DNA of 32,000 bases, taken from positions 2,306,497 to 2,338,496 of the forward strand of contig NC_003902.1 of NCBI RefSeq assembly GCF_000007145.1, written 5' to 3'. A model generated the notes under the pieces. The model was not told the origin of the DNA. It searched no databases and saw nothing but the letters and a program-made list of their open reading frames with translations. Below, one piece after another: positions 17,694 through 27,607 of the stretch (its first letter is position 1; each line of letters starts with the position of its first letter). Position numbers and translations under genes: made by a program. Source of the stretch: Xanthomonas campestris pv. campestris str. ATCC 33913. GTDB taxonomy: Bacteria; Pseudomonadota; Gammaproteobacteria; Xanthomonadales; Xanthomonadaceae.

Positions 17694-20066
17694 TCAGTTT
17701 CTGAGCGGCTTGCCCGTCTTGAGCATGTGGCCGATGCGTGCCTGGGTCTTCTCCTGCTGGGCCAGCTCGACGAAGTGCTTGCGCTCCAGTTTGAGCAGCC
17801 ATTCCTCGTCCACCAGCGCGCCGCGGTCGATCTCGCCGCCGCACACCACCGTGGCGATGCGGGTGGCGATTTCGTAGTCGTATTCGCTGATGAAGCGGCC
17901 CTCCAGCATGTTGACCAGCAGCATCTTGAAGGTGGCGATGCCGACGTCGCCGGCGACCTGGATGCGGCGTGCCGGCAGCGGGGCGCGGTAGCCCCCTTCG
18001 GCCAGCGCACGCGCTTCGGCCTTGGCGATGTGCAGTGCCTCGTAGCTGTTGAAGACGATCTTGTCGGTGGTGCGCAGCAGACCCAGCTCCTGGGCGTTGA
18101 CTGCCGAGTTGGAGACCTTGGCCATCGCGACGGTTTCGAAGGTCTTCTTCAGTTCGGCGAACACATCGCCGCCCGGACCTGCAGCCACCGAGGCCCGCGC
18201 CGCGATCTCCTTCAGGCCGCCACCGGCCGGCAGCAGACCGACGCCGGCTTCGACCAGGCCGATATAGCTTTCCAGCGAGGCCACGGTCTTGGCGCTATGC
18301 ATCTGGAACTCGCAACCGCCGCCCAGCGCCAGGCCGCGCACGGCCGAAATCACCGGCACCTGCGCATACTTGATGCGCTGGCTGGTGGCCTGGAAGTTGG
18401 CGACCAGCGCTTCGAACGCGTCCACCTTGCCGGCCTGCAGCAGACCCAGTGCGCCGGCCAGATCGGCACCGGCGGAGAAGGGCTCCTTCTGCTGCCAGAT
18501 CACCAGGCCGGCGAAGTCCTTCTCGGCGCGGCCGACGACTTCCTGCAGACCGTTGAGCACGTGGTCGGACACGGTGTTCATCTTGGTCTTGAAGCTGACC
18601 ACGGCGATGTCATCGCCGTCGTGCCACATGCGCACGCCGTCGTTTTCGAACACCGTCTCGCCCGGCGAAAACTGCTCGCCCAGCAGCGGGTCCGGGAAGC
18701 GCTGGCGCTTGTACACCGGCAGCGCCGAACGCGGCAGCTTGGCATCGCGTGCCGGGCTGTAGGAACCCTCGGCCGCATGCACGCCATCGCGGCCGTCGAA
18801 CACCCAGTTCGGCAGCGGCGCGCTGCTCATGCTCTTGCCGCTGGCAATGTCTTCGGCAATCCACTGCGCTACCTGCTTCCAGCCGGCGGCCTGCCAGGTT
18901 TCGAACGGGCCCAGCGACCAACCGTAGCCCCAGCGGATCGCCAGATCCACGTCGCGCGCGGTCTCGGCGATGTCGGCCAGGTGATAGGCGCTGTAGTGGA
19001 ACAGGTCGCGGAACGTCGCCCACAGGAACTGCGCCTGCGGATGCTGGCTCTCGCGCAGCTTGGCGAACTTTTCGGCCGGATTCTTGATCTTGAGAATCTC
19101 GATCACTTCCGGCGCCGCGCTTCGGTCGGCCGGGCGGTAATCCTGCTTCTGCAGGTCCAGCACCACGATGTCCTTGCCGACCTTGCGGAAGATGCCGGCG
19201 CCGACCTTCTGGCCAAGCGCACCCTTGGCGATCAGCGCCTCCAGCCACTTCGGCGACTTGAAATACTGGTGCCACGGGTCGTCCGGCAGGGTGTCGCCCA
19301 TGGTCTTGATCACGTGCGCCATGGTGTCCAGGCCGACCACGTCCGAGGTGCGGTAGGTCGCCGACTTCGGGCGGCCGACCAGCGGGCCGGTCAGGCCATC
19401 GACTTCATCGAAGCCTAGGCCGAACTCGGCGGTGTGGTGGATGGTGGACAGGATCGAGAACACGCCGATGCGGTTACCGATGAAGTTCGGGGTGTCCTTG
19501 GCGTACACCACACCCTTGCCGAGCGTGGTGACCAGGAAGCTTTCCAGGCCTTCGAGCACGGCCTTGTCGGTGCCCTTGGCCGGGATCAGCTCGGCCAGGT
19601 GCATGTAGCGCGGGGGGTTGAAGAAATGCACGCCGCAGAAGCGATGGCGCAATTGCTCCGGCAGTACGTCGGAGAGCTTGTTGATGCCAAGGCCGGACGT
19701 GTTGGACGCCAGCACCGCATGCTCGGACACGAACGGCGCGATCTTCTTGTACAGGTCCTGCTTCCAGTCCATCCGCTCGGCGATCGCCTCGATGATCAGG
19801 TCGCAGTCGCGCAGCTGTTCCAGGCCGCTCTCGTAGTTGGCCGGTGTGATCGCCTCGGCCAGCGCCTTGCTGGCGAGCGGGGCGGGGCTGAGCTTGCCGA
19901 GATTGGCAATCGCCTTGAGCACGATGCCGTCGACGGGACCTTCCTTGGCAGGCAGGTCGAACAGCACGGTGTCGACACCGGCGTTGGTGAGGTGCGCGGC
20001 GATCTGTGCGCCCATGACGCCGGCACCGAGCACGGCGGCGCGACGGACTAGCAACGGATTGGACAT
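17694..20066 (-). CDS. Bifunctional 3-hydroxyacyl-CoA dehydrogenase / enoyl-CoA hydratase (FadN-type domain order)
   Basis: The 790-aa product has an N-terminal NAD-binding motif AVLGAGVMGAQIAAH with an HCDH domain. The C-terminal crotonase-fold region contains FSAGADL and GLALGGGCE. The domain order is the reverse of E. coli FadB and resembles Bacillus FadN. It lies immediately upstream of the thiolase. Confidence 0.92.
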   Translation of the reverse strand: MSNPLLVRRAAVLGAGVMGAQIAAHLTNAGVDTVLFDLPAKEGPVDGIVLKAIANLGKLSPAPLASKALAEAITPANYESGLEQLRDCDLIIEAIAERMDWKQDLYKKIAPFVSEHAVLASNTSGLGINKLSDVLPEQLRHRFCGVHFFNPPRYMHLAELIPAKGTDKAVLEGLESFLVTTLGKGVVYAKDTPNFIGNRIGVFSILSTIHHTAEFGLGFDEVDGLTGPLVGRPKSATYRTSDVVGLDTMAHVIKTMGDTLPDDPWHQYFKSPKWLEALIAKGALGQKVGAGIFRKVGKDIVVLDLQKQDYRPADRSAAPEVIEILKIKNPAEKFAKLRESQHPQAQFLWATFRDLFHYSAYHLADIAETARDVDLAIRWGYGWSLGPFETWQAAGWKQVAQWIAEDIASGKSMSSAPLPNWVFDGRDGVHAAEGSYSPARDAKLPRSALPVYKRQRFPDPLLGEQFSPGETVFENDGVRMWHDGDDIAVVSFKTKMNTVSDHVLNGLQEVVGRAEKDFAGLVIWQQKEPFSAGADLAGALGLLQAGKVDAFEALVANFQATSQRIKYAQVPVISAVRGLALGGGCEFQMHSAKTVASLESYIGLVEAGVGLLPAGGGLKEIAARASVAAGPGGDVFAELKKTFETVAMAKVSNSAVNAQELGLLRTTDKIVFNSYEALHIAKAEARALAEGGYRAPLPARRIQVAGDVGIATFKMLLVNMLEGRFISEYDYEIATRIATVVCGGEIDRGALVDEEWLLKLERKHFVELAQQEKTQARIGHMLKTGKPLRN

Positions 20067-20091
20067 AGCGATGAGCCTTTGGTGAGTGCGA

Positions 20092-20724
20092 CTACGGTGT
20101 GGAATGGGTGCGGAAACCGGGTTCCGCGAAACGAATCAGTTCGCGCGCGGCGTGCGCGCGATGGTCGGCCTCGCTCACGCCCGCCGGGCGTTTGATGAGG
20201 CCAAAATCGGCCATGGCATAGGTGAGCGCCCCGGCCAGGAAATCCAGGCGCCAGTACAGCTCCTCCTTGCTCAGGCCCGGCACGCAGCCGGCGATAGCCT
20301 TGCCGAACTCGCGCAGCACATGGCCGTAATGGTCGGAGAGGAACTTGCGCAGGTTGTCGTTCTTTTCCGCATAGGCCCTGGCGATCACGCGGACGAAGGC
20401 GCCGCCACTCTGGCGGTCCTGGGCCATGGCCAGCGCCGGCTCCACGAACGCTGCCAGCACCGCAGTGAGTTCGCCCGGCTGGCTACGCTTGGCGGCCTCG
20501 AGCTGCTGCAGCCGTGCGGCCGTCATCTCGTCCATGCGCCGGCGGAACACCTCGTTGACCAGATTTTCCTTGGAGCCGAAGTGGTAGTTGACCGCGGCGA
20601 TATTGACGTCGGCCTGGGTGGTGAGCTGGCGCAGCGAGGTGCCGGCGAACCCGTGCTGTGCGAACAGCTCCTCGGCCGCGCTGAGGATGCGGTCCTTGGT
20701 CGAGAAGTGGGCGGGCTTGGGCAT
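20092..20724 (-). CDS. TetR-family transcriptional regulator, PsrA-like (fatty-acid responsive)
   Basis: The N-terminal HTH reads RILSAAEELFAQHGFAGTSLRQLTTQADVNIAAVNYHFGSKENL. The later YGHVLREF...EELYWRLDFLAGALTYAM resembles Pseudomonas PsrA as I remember it. It sits 25 bp upstream of the beta-oxidation genes and is co-oriented with them. A PsrA-type operator lies upstream. Confidence 0.75.
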   Translation of the reverse strand: MPKPAHFSTKDRILSAAEELFAQHGFAGTSLRQLTTQADVNIAAVNYHFGSKENLVNEVFRRRMDEMTAARLQQLEAAKRSQPGELTAVLAAFVEPALAMAQDRQSGGAFVRVIARAYAEKNDNLRKFLSDHYGHVLREFGKAIAGCVPGLSKEELYWRLDFLAGALTYAMADFGLIKRPAGVSEADHRAHAARELIRFAEPGFRTHSTP

Positions 20725-20743
20725 GGACAGGCGTGGCGCTCAA

Positions 20744-20759
20744 TCAAACGATTGTTTGA
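20744..20759. promoter_or_regulatory. PsrA-type operator (CAAAC-N4-GTTTG palindrome)
   Basis: TCAAAC-GATT-GTTTGA lies 20 bp upstream of the TetR start codon. It matches the published Pseudomonas PsrA box G/CAAAC(N2-4)GTTTG/C. Confidence 0.55.
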
Positions 20760-20870
20760 GTCTACGGTCTCGCCGATGCCATGGTCATGCCGCACTGCAG
20801 CACGATTCAGGGCCTGGTATGCAAAGGTAAGGACGACGAGATAGAATTGACCATCGCAAAGAAGGCTAAG

Positions 20871-20895
20871 TCCGCGTTTTGACGCGGGTTTTTTT
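20871..20895 (+). terminator. Orphan intrinsic terminator 48 bp upstream of ndk
   Basis: TCCGCG-TTTTGA-CGCGGG is followed by TTTTTTT on the + strand only. The only upstream gene (TetR) is on the opposite strand. The hairpin also contains a TTGACG -35-like hexamer (20879-20884), followed by N16 and TAACCT. Confidence 0.5.
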
Positions 20896-20942
20896 CATGA
20901 TAACCTCGGGCCTTCAGTGGCCCGCCCAACGGAGATTCTCCC

Positions 20943-21368
20943 ATGGCGCTGGAGCGCACCCTGTCCATCATCAAGCCCGACGCCGTCGCCAAGAACGTCA
21001 TCGGTGAAATCTACAGCCGCTTCGAGAAGGCTGGCCTGAAGGTCGTGGCCGCCAAGTACAAGCAGCTGTCGCGCCGCGAAGCCGAAGGCTTCTATGCCGT
21101 GCACCGCGAGCGTCCGTTCTTCAACGCGCTGGTCGAGTTCATGATCTCCGGCCCGGTGATGATCCAGGCGCTGGAAGGCGAGAATGCCGTGGCCGCACAC
21201 CGCGACCTGCTGGGCGCCACCAACCCGAAGGACGCCGCACCGGGCACCATCCGTGCCGACTTCGCTGATTCGATCGATGCCAACGCCGCCCACGGCTCGG
21301 ATTCGGTCGAGAACGCTGCCAACGAAGTCGCGTATTTCTTTGCTGCAACTGAAGTGGTCTCGCGCTGA
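20943..21368 (+). CDS. ndk: Nucleoside-diphosphate kinase
   Basis: The 141-aa product reads [15 protein letters not shown]...NAAHGSDS, including the active-site His. It is canonical Ndk. Confidence 0.97.
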   Translation: MALERTLSIIKPDAVAKNVIGEIYSRFEKAGLKVVAAKYKQLSRREAEGFYAVHRERPFFNALVEFMISGPVMIQALEGENAVAAHRDLLGATNPKDAAPGTIRADFADSIDANAAHGSDSVENAANEVAYFFAATEVVSR

Positions 21369-21386
21369 GGCCGAGAGAGTCGAATC

Positions 21387-22592
21387 GTGAATGAGGTCGT
21401 GATCCCCTCCGTGTTGCTGGACGTTCCCGTCTCGGCGGCACCGGTGCACAAGCAGAACCTGCTCGACCTCGACCGCGAGGGACTGGAGCACTTCTTCGCC
21501 GATACGCTCGGCGAGGCGCGCTACCGTGCCCATCAGGTGATGAAGTGGATTCACCATCGCTACGTCACCGATTTCGACCAGATGACGGACCTCGGCAAGG
21601 CGCTGCGTGCGAAATTGCACCAGCACGCCGAGGTCCTCGTCCCGAATGTCGTGTTCGACAAACCGTCGACCGACGGCACCCACAAGTGGCTGCTGGCCAT
21701 GGGGACCGACGGCAAGAATGCGATCGAGACGGTCTACATCCCCGACAAGGGCCGCGGCACGCTGTGCGTGTCCTCCCAGGTCGGCTGCGGCTTGAACTGC
21801 ACCTTCTGTTCGACCGCCACCCAGGGCTTCAACCGCAACCTCACCACCGCCGAGATCATCGGGCAGGTCTGGGTTGCCGCGCGCCATCTGGGCAACGTGC
21901 CGCACCAGCAGCGTCGCCTCACCAACGTGGTGATGATGGGCATGGGCGAGCCACTGATGAATTTCGACAACGTCGTGCGCGCGATGAGCGTGATGCGCGA
22001 CGATCTGGGCTACGGCCTGGCCAGCAAGCGGGTGACGCTGTCCACCTCGGGCCTGGTGCCGATGATCGACCGGCTGGCCACCGAAAGCGACGTGTCGCTG
22101 GCCGTTTCGCTGCATGCCGCCAACGACGTGCTGCGCGAGAGCCTGGTGCCATTGAACAAGAAATACCCGATCGCCGAGTTGATGGAGTCGTGCGCGCGCT
22201 ACCTGCGCGGCAACAAGAAGCGCGACTCGGTGACGTTCGAATACACCTTGATGAAGGGCATCAACGACCAGCCCGAGCATGCGCGTCAGCTCGCCCGGCT
22301 GATGCGGCAGTTCGACAACGCCGTGCAGTCCAAGGATGCCGGCAAGGTCAACCTGATTCCGTTCAACCCGTTCCCCGGCACGCGCTACGAGCGCTCTGGC
22401 GAAACCGAGATCCGCGCATTCCAGAAGATCCTGCTCGATGCGCAGGTGCTGACGATGGTACGCCGCACGCGTGGCGACGATATCGATGCAGCCTGTGGTC
22501 AGCTCAAGGGCCAGGTCATGGACCGGACCCGTCGCCAGGCGGAATTCCGCCGCACATTGGAAGGGCAGGCCGATCGAGATGCGGCAGCGTGA
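21387..22592 (+). CDS. rlmN: 23S rRNA/tRNA (adenine-C2)-methyltransferase, radical SAM
   Basis: The radical-SAM cluster motif is [15 protein letters not shown]. The product also has [13 protein letters not shown] and the C-terminal DIDAACGQL. It lies downstream of ndk, as in other gammaproteobacteria. The start is a GTG. Confidence 0.95.
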   Translation: MNEVVIPSVLLDVPVSAAPVHKQNLLDLDREGLEHFFADTLGEARYRAHQVMKWIHHRYVTDFDQMTDLGKALRAKLHQHAEVLVPNVVFDKPSTDGTHKWLLAMGTDGKNAIETVYIPDKGRGTLCVSSQVGCGLNCTFCSTATQGFNRNLTTAEIIGQVWVAARHLGNVPHQQRRLTNVVMMGMGEPLMNFDNVVRAMSVMRDDLGYGLASKRVTLSTSGLVPMIDRLATESDVSLAVSLHAANDVLRESLVPLNKKYPIAELMESCARYLRGNKKRDSVTFEYTLMKGINDQPEHARQLARLMRQFDNAVQSKDAGKVNLIPFNPFPGTRYERSGETEIRAFQKILLDAQVLTMVRRTRGDDIDAACGQLKGQVMDRTRRQAEFRRTLEGQADRDAAA

Positions 22593-23391
22593 TATCGCGT
22601 TAATGGCGGCCGCGGTGATCGCGCTCAGCGCGGTTGGCTGCGGCGGGCGCAATGCCAAGGCCGGCACGGTGAAAACGGTCGAAGAGGTTGCGCCGATCTA
22701 TTCGTTCCGCGACAACGCGGCCACCAAGAGTCGTCTGGGGGTGCAGGAAAAGCTTGGCCTGGCCAGCAATCGCCTGCGCACTGGCGATTACGTCGGCGCG
22801 GAAGAGCAGGTGCGCGCCGCGCTGAAGAAAGATTCCCAGTCGGTAGATGCCATTGGCATGCTCGCCCTGATTCAAGACGCGAAAGGCGACAGGGCGGCTT
22901 CGGGTGCCTCCTACCGCCGCGCCACAGAGCTTGCGCCGCAACGTGGCGATGTGCTCAACAACTACGGCGCATGGCTCTGTGCCAATGGCCAACCGGCAGA
23001 GTCGCTGGTCTGGTTTGATCGCGCGTTGACGGATCGCAGCTATTCCTCGCCTGCATCGGCGCTTGGCAATGCCGGCGGCTGCGCGCTCAAGGTGGGGCAG
23101 TTAGAGCGTGCGTCCCGTGACCTGCGCAAGGCGCTGGAATTGGACCCGAATAATCCGTATGCGCTGGAGTCGATGGCCCGTTCCGAAGCGGGCAAGCGCA
23201 ATTATTTCGAAGCCCGCGCATTCGTCGAACGACGGCTCGCGGCTGCACCGGCAACTGCTTCCGTGTTACAACTCGCCATTCAGATTGAGCAAGGGCTCGG
23301 CGACAAGGTAGCTGCCGGCCGTTATCAACAGCGGTTGGTCAAGGAATTTCCTGACGCAGCGACCGCTACTCCTGGGGCCAATGCATTGTGA
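22579..23391 (+). CDS. pilF: Type IV pilus biogenesis/stability lipoprotein PilF (PilW), TPR protein
   Basis: The lipoprotein signal is [24 protein letters not shown] repeats include [12 protein letters not shown]...[13 protein letters not shown]...ALELDPNNP. The position matches P. aeruginosa ndk-rlmN-pilF. I trimmed the start from 22471 to 22579, which overlaps the rlmN end by 14 nt. Confidence 0.85.
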   Translation: MRQRDIALMAAAVIALSAVGCGGRNAKAGTVKTVEEVAPIYSFRDNAATKSRLGVQEKLGLASNRLRTGDYVGAEEQVRAALKKDSQSVDAIGMLALIQDAKGDRAASGASYRRATELAPQRGDVLNNYGAWLCANGQPAESLVWFDRALTDRSYSSPASALGNAGGCALKVGQLERASRDLRKALELDPNNPYALESMARSEAGKRNYFEARAFVERRLAAAPATASVLQLAIQIEQGLGDKVAAGRYQQRLVKEFPDAATATPGANAL

Positions 23392-24242
23392 TCAGTGATT
23401 CCAATCCGAATCCTTTCGAGCAGGAAAAGGGATGCGGGCAGCAGTTGCGCGACGCGCGCGAAGCGGCAGGTCTGAGCGTGGACGATGTGGCAGGCAAGCT
23501 GCGCATGCCGGCCCACGTGGTGCGTTCGCTCGAACAGGAAGAATGGCAGCGCCTCGGCGCGCCGGTCTTCGTGCGCGGCCAGTTGCGCAGCTACGCGCGC
23601 CTGCTGCGTGTCGATCTCGATCCGCTGCTGCAGCAAACCACGATTGCGCCGGTTGAACCGGTCAAGCTGGTCAGTCACACGCATACCCCGCGTGCCCGGC
23701 GGATTCTGGAAAGCACCGCTCGCAAGGCGATGTACGTCGTGATCACCGGCGTGTTCGCAGTGCCGGTGTGGTACGCCACGCGCTCGCACCTGGATGGCCA
23801 GGGGCCAAGCACCGTGTCGCTGGACAGCATGCCGGATGCTGCCAAGACCGGCACGCCCGCGCGGACTGCCGAGCCGCCGTCCTCCGTGCCGCGTGAACAA
23901 CCGGCGCCGTATATCGCTTCGATGACGCCGGTGCCGCGGGCCGCCCCTGCTGCCGAGGCCCCGGCCGCCAGCAGTGCTGGCACGTTGTCGTTGCGTTTCA
24001 GCGGTGACAGCTGGGTGCAGATCCTGGCACCGGATGGCAGCGCGGTGGAAAAAGCGTTGATCCGTGCCGGCGAGCAGCGCACCTATTCACCGGGCCAGAT
24101 CGGCCGTGTGGTGCTGGGCAATGCGTCGGCGGTAGAGGTTCAGCAGGGCGGCAGTATCGTCGACGTGAAGCCGTTCCAGCGCGCTAACGTGGCACGTTTT
24201 GCGGTATCCTCCGACGGCTCCGTGGTGCCTGCTTCCGAATAG
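23388..24242 (+). CDS. rodZ: Cytoskeleton protein RodZ (XRE-type HTH, TM, DUF4115)
   Basis: The HTH reads GQQLRDAREAAGLSVDDVAGKLRMPAHVVRSLE. There is a single TM segment, AMYVVITGVFAVPVWYA, then a Pro/Ala-rich linker and a C-terminal beta domain (LSLRFSGDSWVQI...). The GTG start overlaps the pilF stop (GTGA). Confidence 0.8.
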   Translation: MISDSNPNPFEQEKGCGQQLRDAREAAGLSVDDVAGKLRMPAHVVRSLEQEEWQRLGAPVFVRGQLRSYARLLRVDLDPLLQQTTIAPVEPVKLVSHTHTPRARRILESTARKAMYVVITGVFAVPVWYATRSHLDGQGPSTVSLDSMPDAAKTGTPARTAEPPSSVPREQPAPYIASMTPVPRAAPAAEAPAASSAGTLSLRFSGDSWVQILAPDGSAVEKALIRAGEQRTYSPGQIGRVVLGNASAVEVQQGGSIVDVKPFQRANVARFAVSSDGSVVPASE

Positions 24243-24312
24243 AAGCGGACTGCGGTTTTTCATTTTCCCCTTTTGATGTTCCGCGCCTGCAGGTGGCGGA
24301 GCGAGAGTACGC

Positions 24313-24951
24313 ATGGCGATCGACGATCTGCTCGACGAACACGAACAAGGTGAACGGGTTCGTTCCTGGTTGAGAAAGAATGGTGCGGGTCTGATTGGCG
24401 GAGTCCTGCTGGGACTGGCCCTGATCCTGGGGTGGCAGTGGTGGCAGAAGCGCAACACGACCGCGTCGGTGGAAGCCAATGCCCGCTACGAGGCCGTGGT
24501 CAAGTCCATCCAGGGCAAGGACCTGGACAAGGCCGCCAAGGACATCGTGGCGCTGGACGACGGCAAGGGTGGCGTTTATGCCGAGCTCGCTGCGCTGCGC
24601 CTGGCCAAGGCCCAGATGGATGCCGGCAAGACCGCCGAAGCGATCAAGACATTGCGTGATGTGCCCGCCGAAGGCGAGCTCAAGCAGATCGTGCAGCAGC
24701 GCCTGGCGCGCGTGCTGACCGACAGCGGCAAGCCGGATGAGGCGATCAAGCTGCTGGCCGACGCGCAAGATCACACCAGCCTGGAAATCCGCGCCGATGC
24801 GCTGGTGAAGCAGGGCAAGCGCGACGAAGCACGCGCGCTCTATACCAAGGCACTGGCAACGGTGGATGTGGCATCGCCGCAGCGCCGCCTGCTGGAAACC
24901 AAGCTGATGGATGTGGGCGGCACCGTGCCCGATCCGGCGGAGCCGATTTGA
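24313..24951 (+). CDS. yfgM: YfgM-family membrane-anchored TPR-like protein (ancillary SecYEG subunit)
   Basis: The N-terminus EHEQGERVRSWLRKNGAGLIGGVLLGLALILGWQWWQ is typical of YfgM. It lies directly upstream of bamB and der, as in E. coli and Pseudomonas. Confidence 0.8.
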   Translation: MAIDDLLDEHEQGERVRSWLRKNGAGLIGGVLLGLALILGWQWWQKRNTTASVEANARYEAVVKSIQGKDLDKAAKDIVALDDGKGGVYAELAALRLAKAQMDAGKTAEAIKTLRDVPAEGELKQIVQQRLARVLTDSGKPDEAIKLLADAQDHTSLEIRADALVKQGKRDEARALYTKALATVDVASPQRRLLETKLMDVGGTVPDPAEPI

Positions 24952-26168
24952 TGAAGCAGGTTGATATGTACAAGCGCGTTGCATTGATCGCCCTGATGGG
25001 CATGTCGCTGGCGGGGTGCAGCACCGTCAAGGGTTGGTTCGCAGGCAAGGACGCGGCTGCCAAGAAGGCGCAGGAACCGGCCGAACTGGTCAAGTTCGAG
25101 CCTTCGGTCAAGGTCGACAAGCTGTGGTCCACCGGCGTGGGCAAGGGCGAGGGGCACATCGGTGTGCGTCAGCGTCCGGCCGTGGCCGATGGCAAGGTGT
25201 ATGCCGCCGCCATCACCGGTGGCGTGCAGGCGCTGGATCTGCAGACCGGCAAGCGCGTGTGGGAATACAAGCCCAAGAAAGAAGAGCGCAACGATCGCAA
25301 GTTCAAGCAGCGCCTGTCCGGTGGCCCGGGTGTGGGCGAGGGCCTGGTGGTGATCGGCACGCTGTCCGGTGACGTGATCGCGCTGAATCAGGCCGATGGC
25401 ACCGAGAAGTGGCGGGCCAAGGTACCGAACGAAGTCATCGCCGCGCCTGCCATCGCGCAGAGCCTGGTGCTGGTGCGCAGCAACGACGGCCGCGTGAGCG
25501 CGTTCGATGCAGCCACCGGCGAGCGCCGCTGGTTCCATGCCGAGGAAGGTCCGACCCTGTCGGTGCGCGGTAATGCGCCGATCGTGACCGGCCCGGGCGT
25601 GGTGTTTGTCGGCAACGATGTCGGCACCCTGAGCGCCCTGGCGCTGCAGGATGGCCGCCCGTTGTGGGAACAGGCCATCGGCGTGCCGGAAGGCCGTACC
25701 GAGCTGGAGCGCATGTCCGACGTGGACGGCGCCCCAGTGCTGGATGGCACCACCCTGTATGCGACCAGCTTCAAGAACGAAACCCTCGCCCTGGAAGGCC
25801 CCAGTGGCCGTCCGCTGTGGACACGCGATCACGGCGGTGCCGGTGGTCCGGGCGTGTCGTCCAGCGTGGTGGTGGTGGCCGACAACGCCGGTTCGGTGTG
25901 GGGCCTGGACAAGTCCAGCGGTGCGGCGATGTGGTCGCAGGCTGCGCTTGCACGCCGCTCGTTGACCGGTGTGGCCATTCAGGGTGATTACGCCGTGGTG
26001 GGGGATTACAAGGGCTACCTGCACTGGTTGAAACTCAGCGACGGTGCTCTGGCCGCGCGCGCTCGCGCTGGACGCGACACGCTGCTGGCACAGCCGCTGG
26101 TCGTCGATGGCATTCTGCTGGTACAAAATACCGACGGCGATATCACCGCCTTCCGGTTGGCACAATAA
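24951..26168 (+). CDS. bamB: Outer membrane protein assembly factor BamB
   Basis: The lipobox is [12 protein letters not shown]-like beta-propeller repeats follow (ALD..TG...W). The ATG at 24951 overlaps the yfgM stop. The track start at 24948 is a TTG one codon earlier. Confidence 0.9.
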
Positions 26169-26178
26169 GGACCTTGCG

Positions 26179-27576
26179 ATGCTGCCCCTGGTCGCCCTGG
26201 TTGGACGGCCCAATGTCGGCAAGTCCACCATCTTCAATGCGCTGACGCGCACCCGCGACGCGCTGGTCCATGACCAGCCTGGCGTCACCCGCGACCGTAA
26301 CTACGGCGTCTGCCGGCTCGATGAGCAACAACCCTTCATCGTGGTCGATACCGGCGGTATCGCCGGCGACGAAGAGGGCTTGGCTGGAGCCACCGCGCGC
26401 CAGGCACGTGCTGCGGCTGGCGAAGCCGATCTGGTGTTGTTCGTGGTCGATGGCCGCGAGGGCGCCTCGTCGCTGGACGACGAAATCCTGGCCTGGCTGC
26501 GCAAGCTGGCCCGGCCGACCGTGCTGGTGATCAACAAGATCGACGGTACCGATGAAGAATCGGTGCGTTCGGAGTTTTCGCGCTATGGCTTCTCCGATGT
26601 GGTGGCGCTGTCGGCCGCGCATCGGCAGGGCATCGACGACCTGCTGGAAGAAGTCGGCGCGCGTTTGCCGGAAGAAGGCGCGGGCGAACTGCTCGATAAC
26701 GACCCCGCGCGCGTGCGTATTGCATTCGTGGGCCGTCCGAACGTGGGTAAGTCGACGCTGGTCAATCGCCTGCTGGGTGAGGAGCGGATGATCGCGTCGG
26801 AAGTTCCGGGTACGACGCGCGATTCGATCGCCGTGGACCTGGAGCGTGACGGGCGCCAGTACCGCCTGATCGACACGGCCGGCCTGCGTCGCCGCGGCAA
26901 GGTGGAAGAGGCGGTCGAGAAGTTCAGCGCGTTCAAGACGCTGCAGGCGATCGAGCAATGCCAGGTCGCGGTGCTGATGCTGGATGCCACCGAAGGCGTA
27001 ACCGATCAGGACGCGACCATTCTCGGTGCGATTCTCGATGCGGGCCGCGCACTGGTGGTGGCGATCAACAAGTGGGATGGGCAGAGCGACTATCAGCGTG
27101 CCCAAGCCGAAGACCTGTTGTCGCGCAAGCTGGGCTTTGTGAACTGGGCCGAGGCAGTGCGGATCTCCGCGTTGCACGGCTCGGGCATGCGTGAGCTATT
27201 TCAGGCGATCCATCGTGCGCATGCATCGGCCACGCATGAGTTCAGCACCAGCGAAGTGAACCAGGCGCTGGAAATTGCCTACGAGACCAATCCGCCGCCG
27301 AGCATTCGCGGGCATGTCTCCAAGCTGCGTTACGTGCATCCCGGTGGCGCCAATCCGCCCACCTTCATCGTGCATGGCACGCGCCTGAAGGTGCTGCCGG
27401 AGTCGTACAAGCGTTATCTGGAAAACTTCTTCCGTAAGCGCTTCAAGCTGGTCGGCACGCCGGTGCGTTTCATTTTCCGCGAGGGTGCCAACCCGTACGA
27501 GGGCAAGAAGAATCCGCTCTCCGATCGGCAGATTGCGCGCAAGCGTCGCCTGATGCGGCACGTCAAGGGCAAGTAA
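26179..27576 (+). CDS. der: Ribosome-associated GTPase Der (EngA)
   Basis: There are two tandem GTPase domains (GRPNVGKST twice, DTGG and DTAG, NKID and NKWD) plus a KH-like C-terminus. I trimmed the start to the ATG at 26179 ([16 protein letters not shown]); the track extension overlaps bamB. Confidence 0.96.
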
Positions 27577-27607
27577 GCCGGCACGGCGCGCTGGTATCCT
27601 GCGCGCC

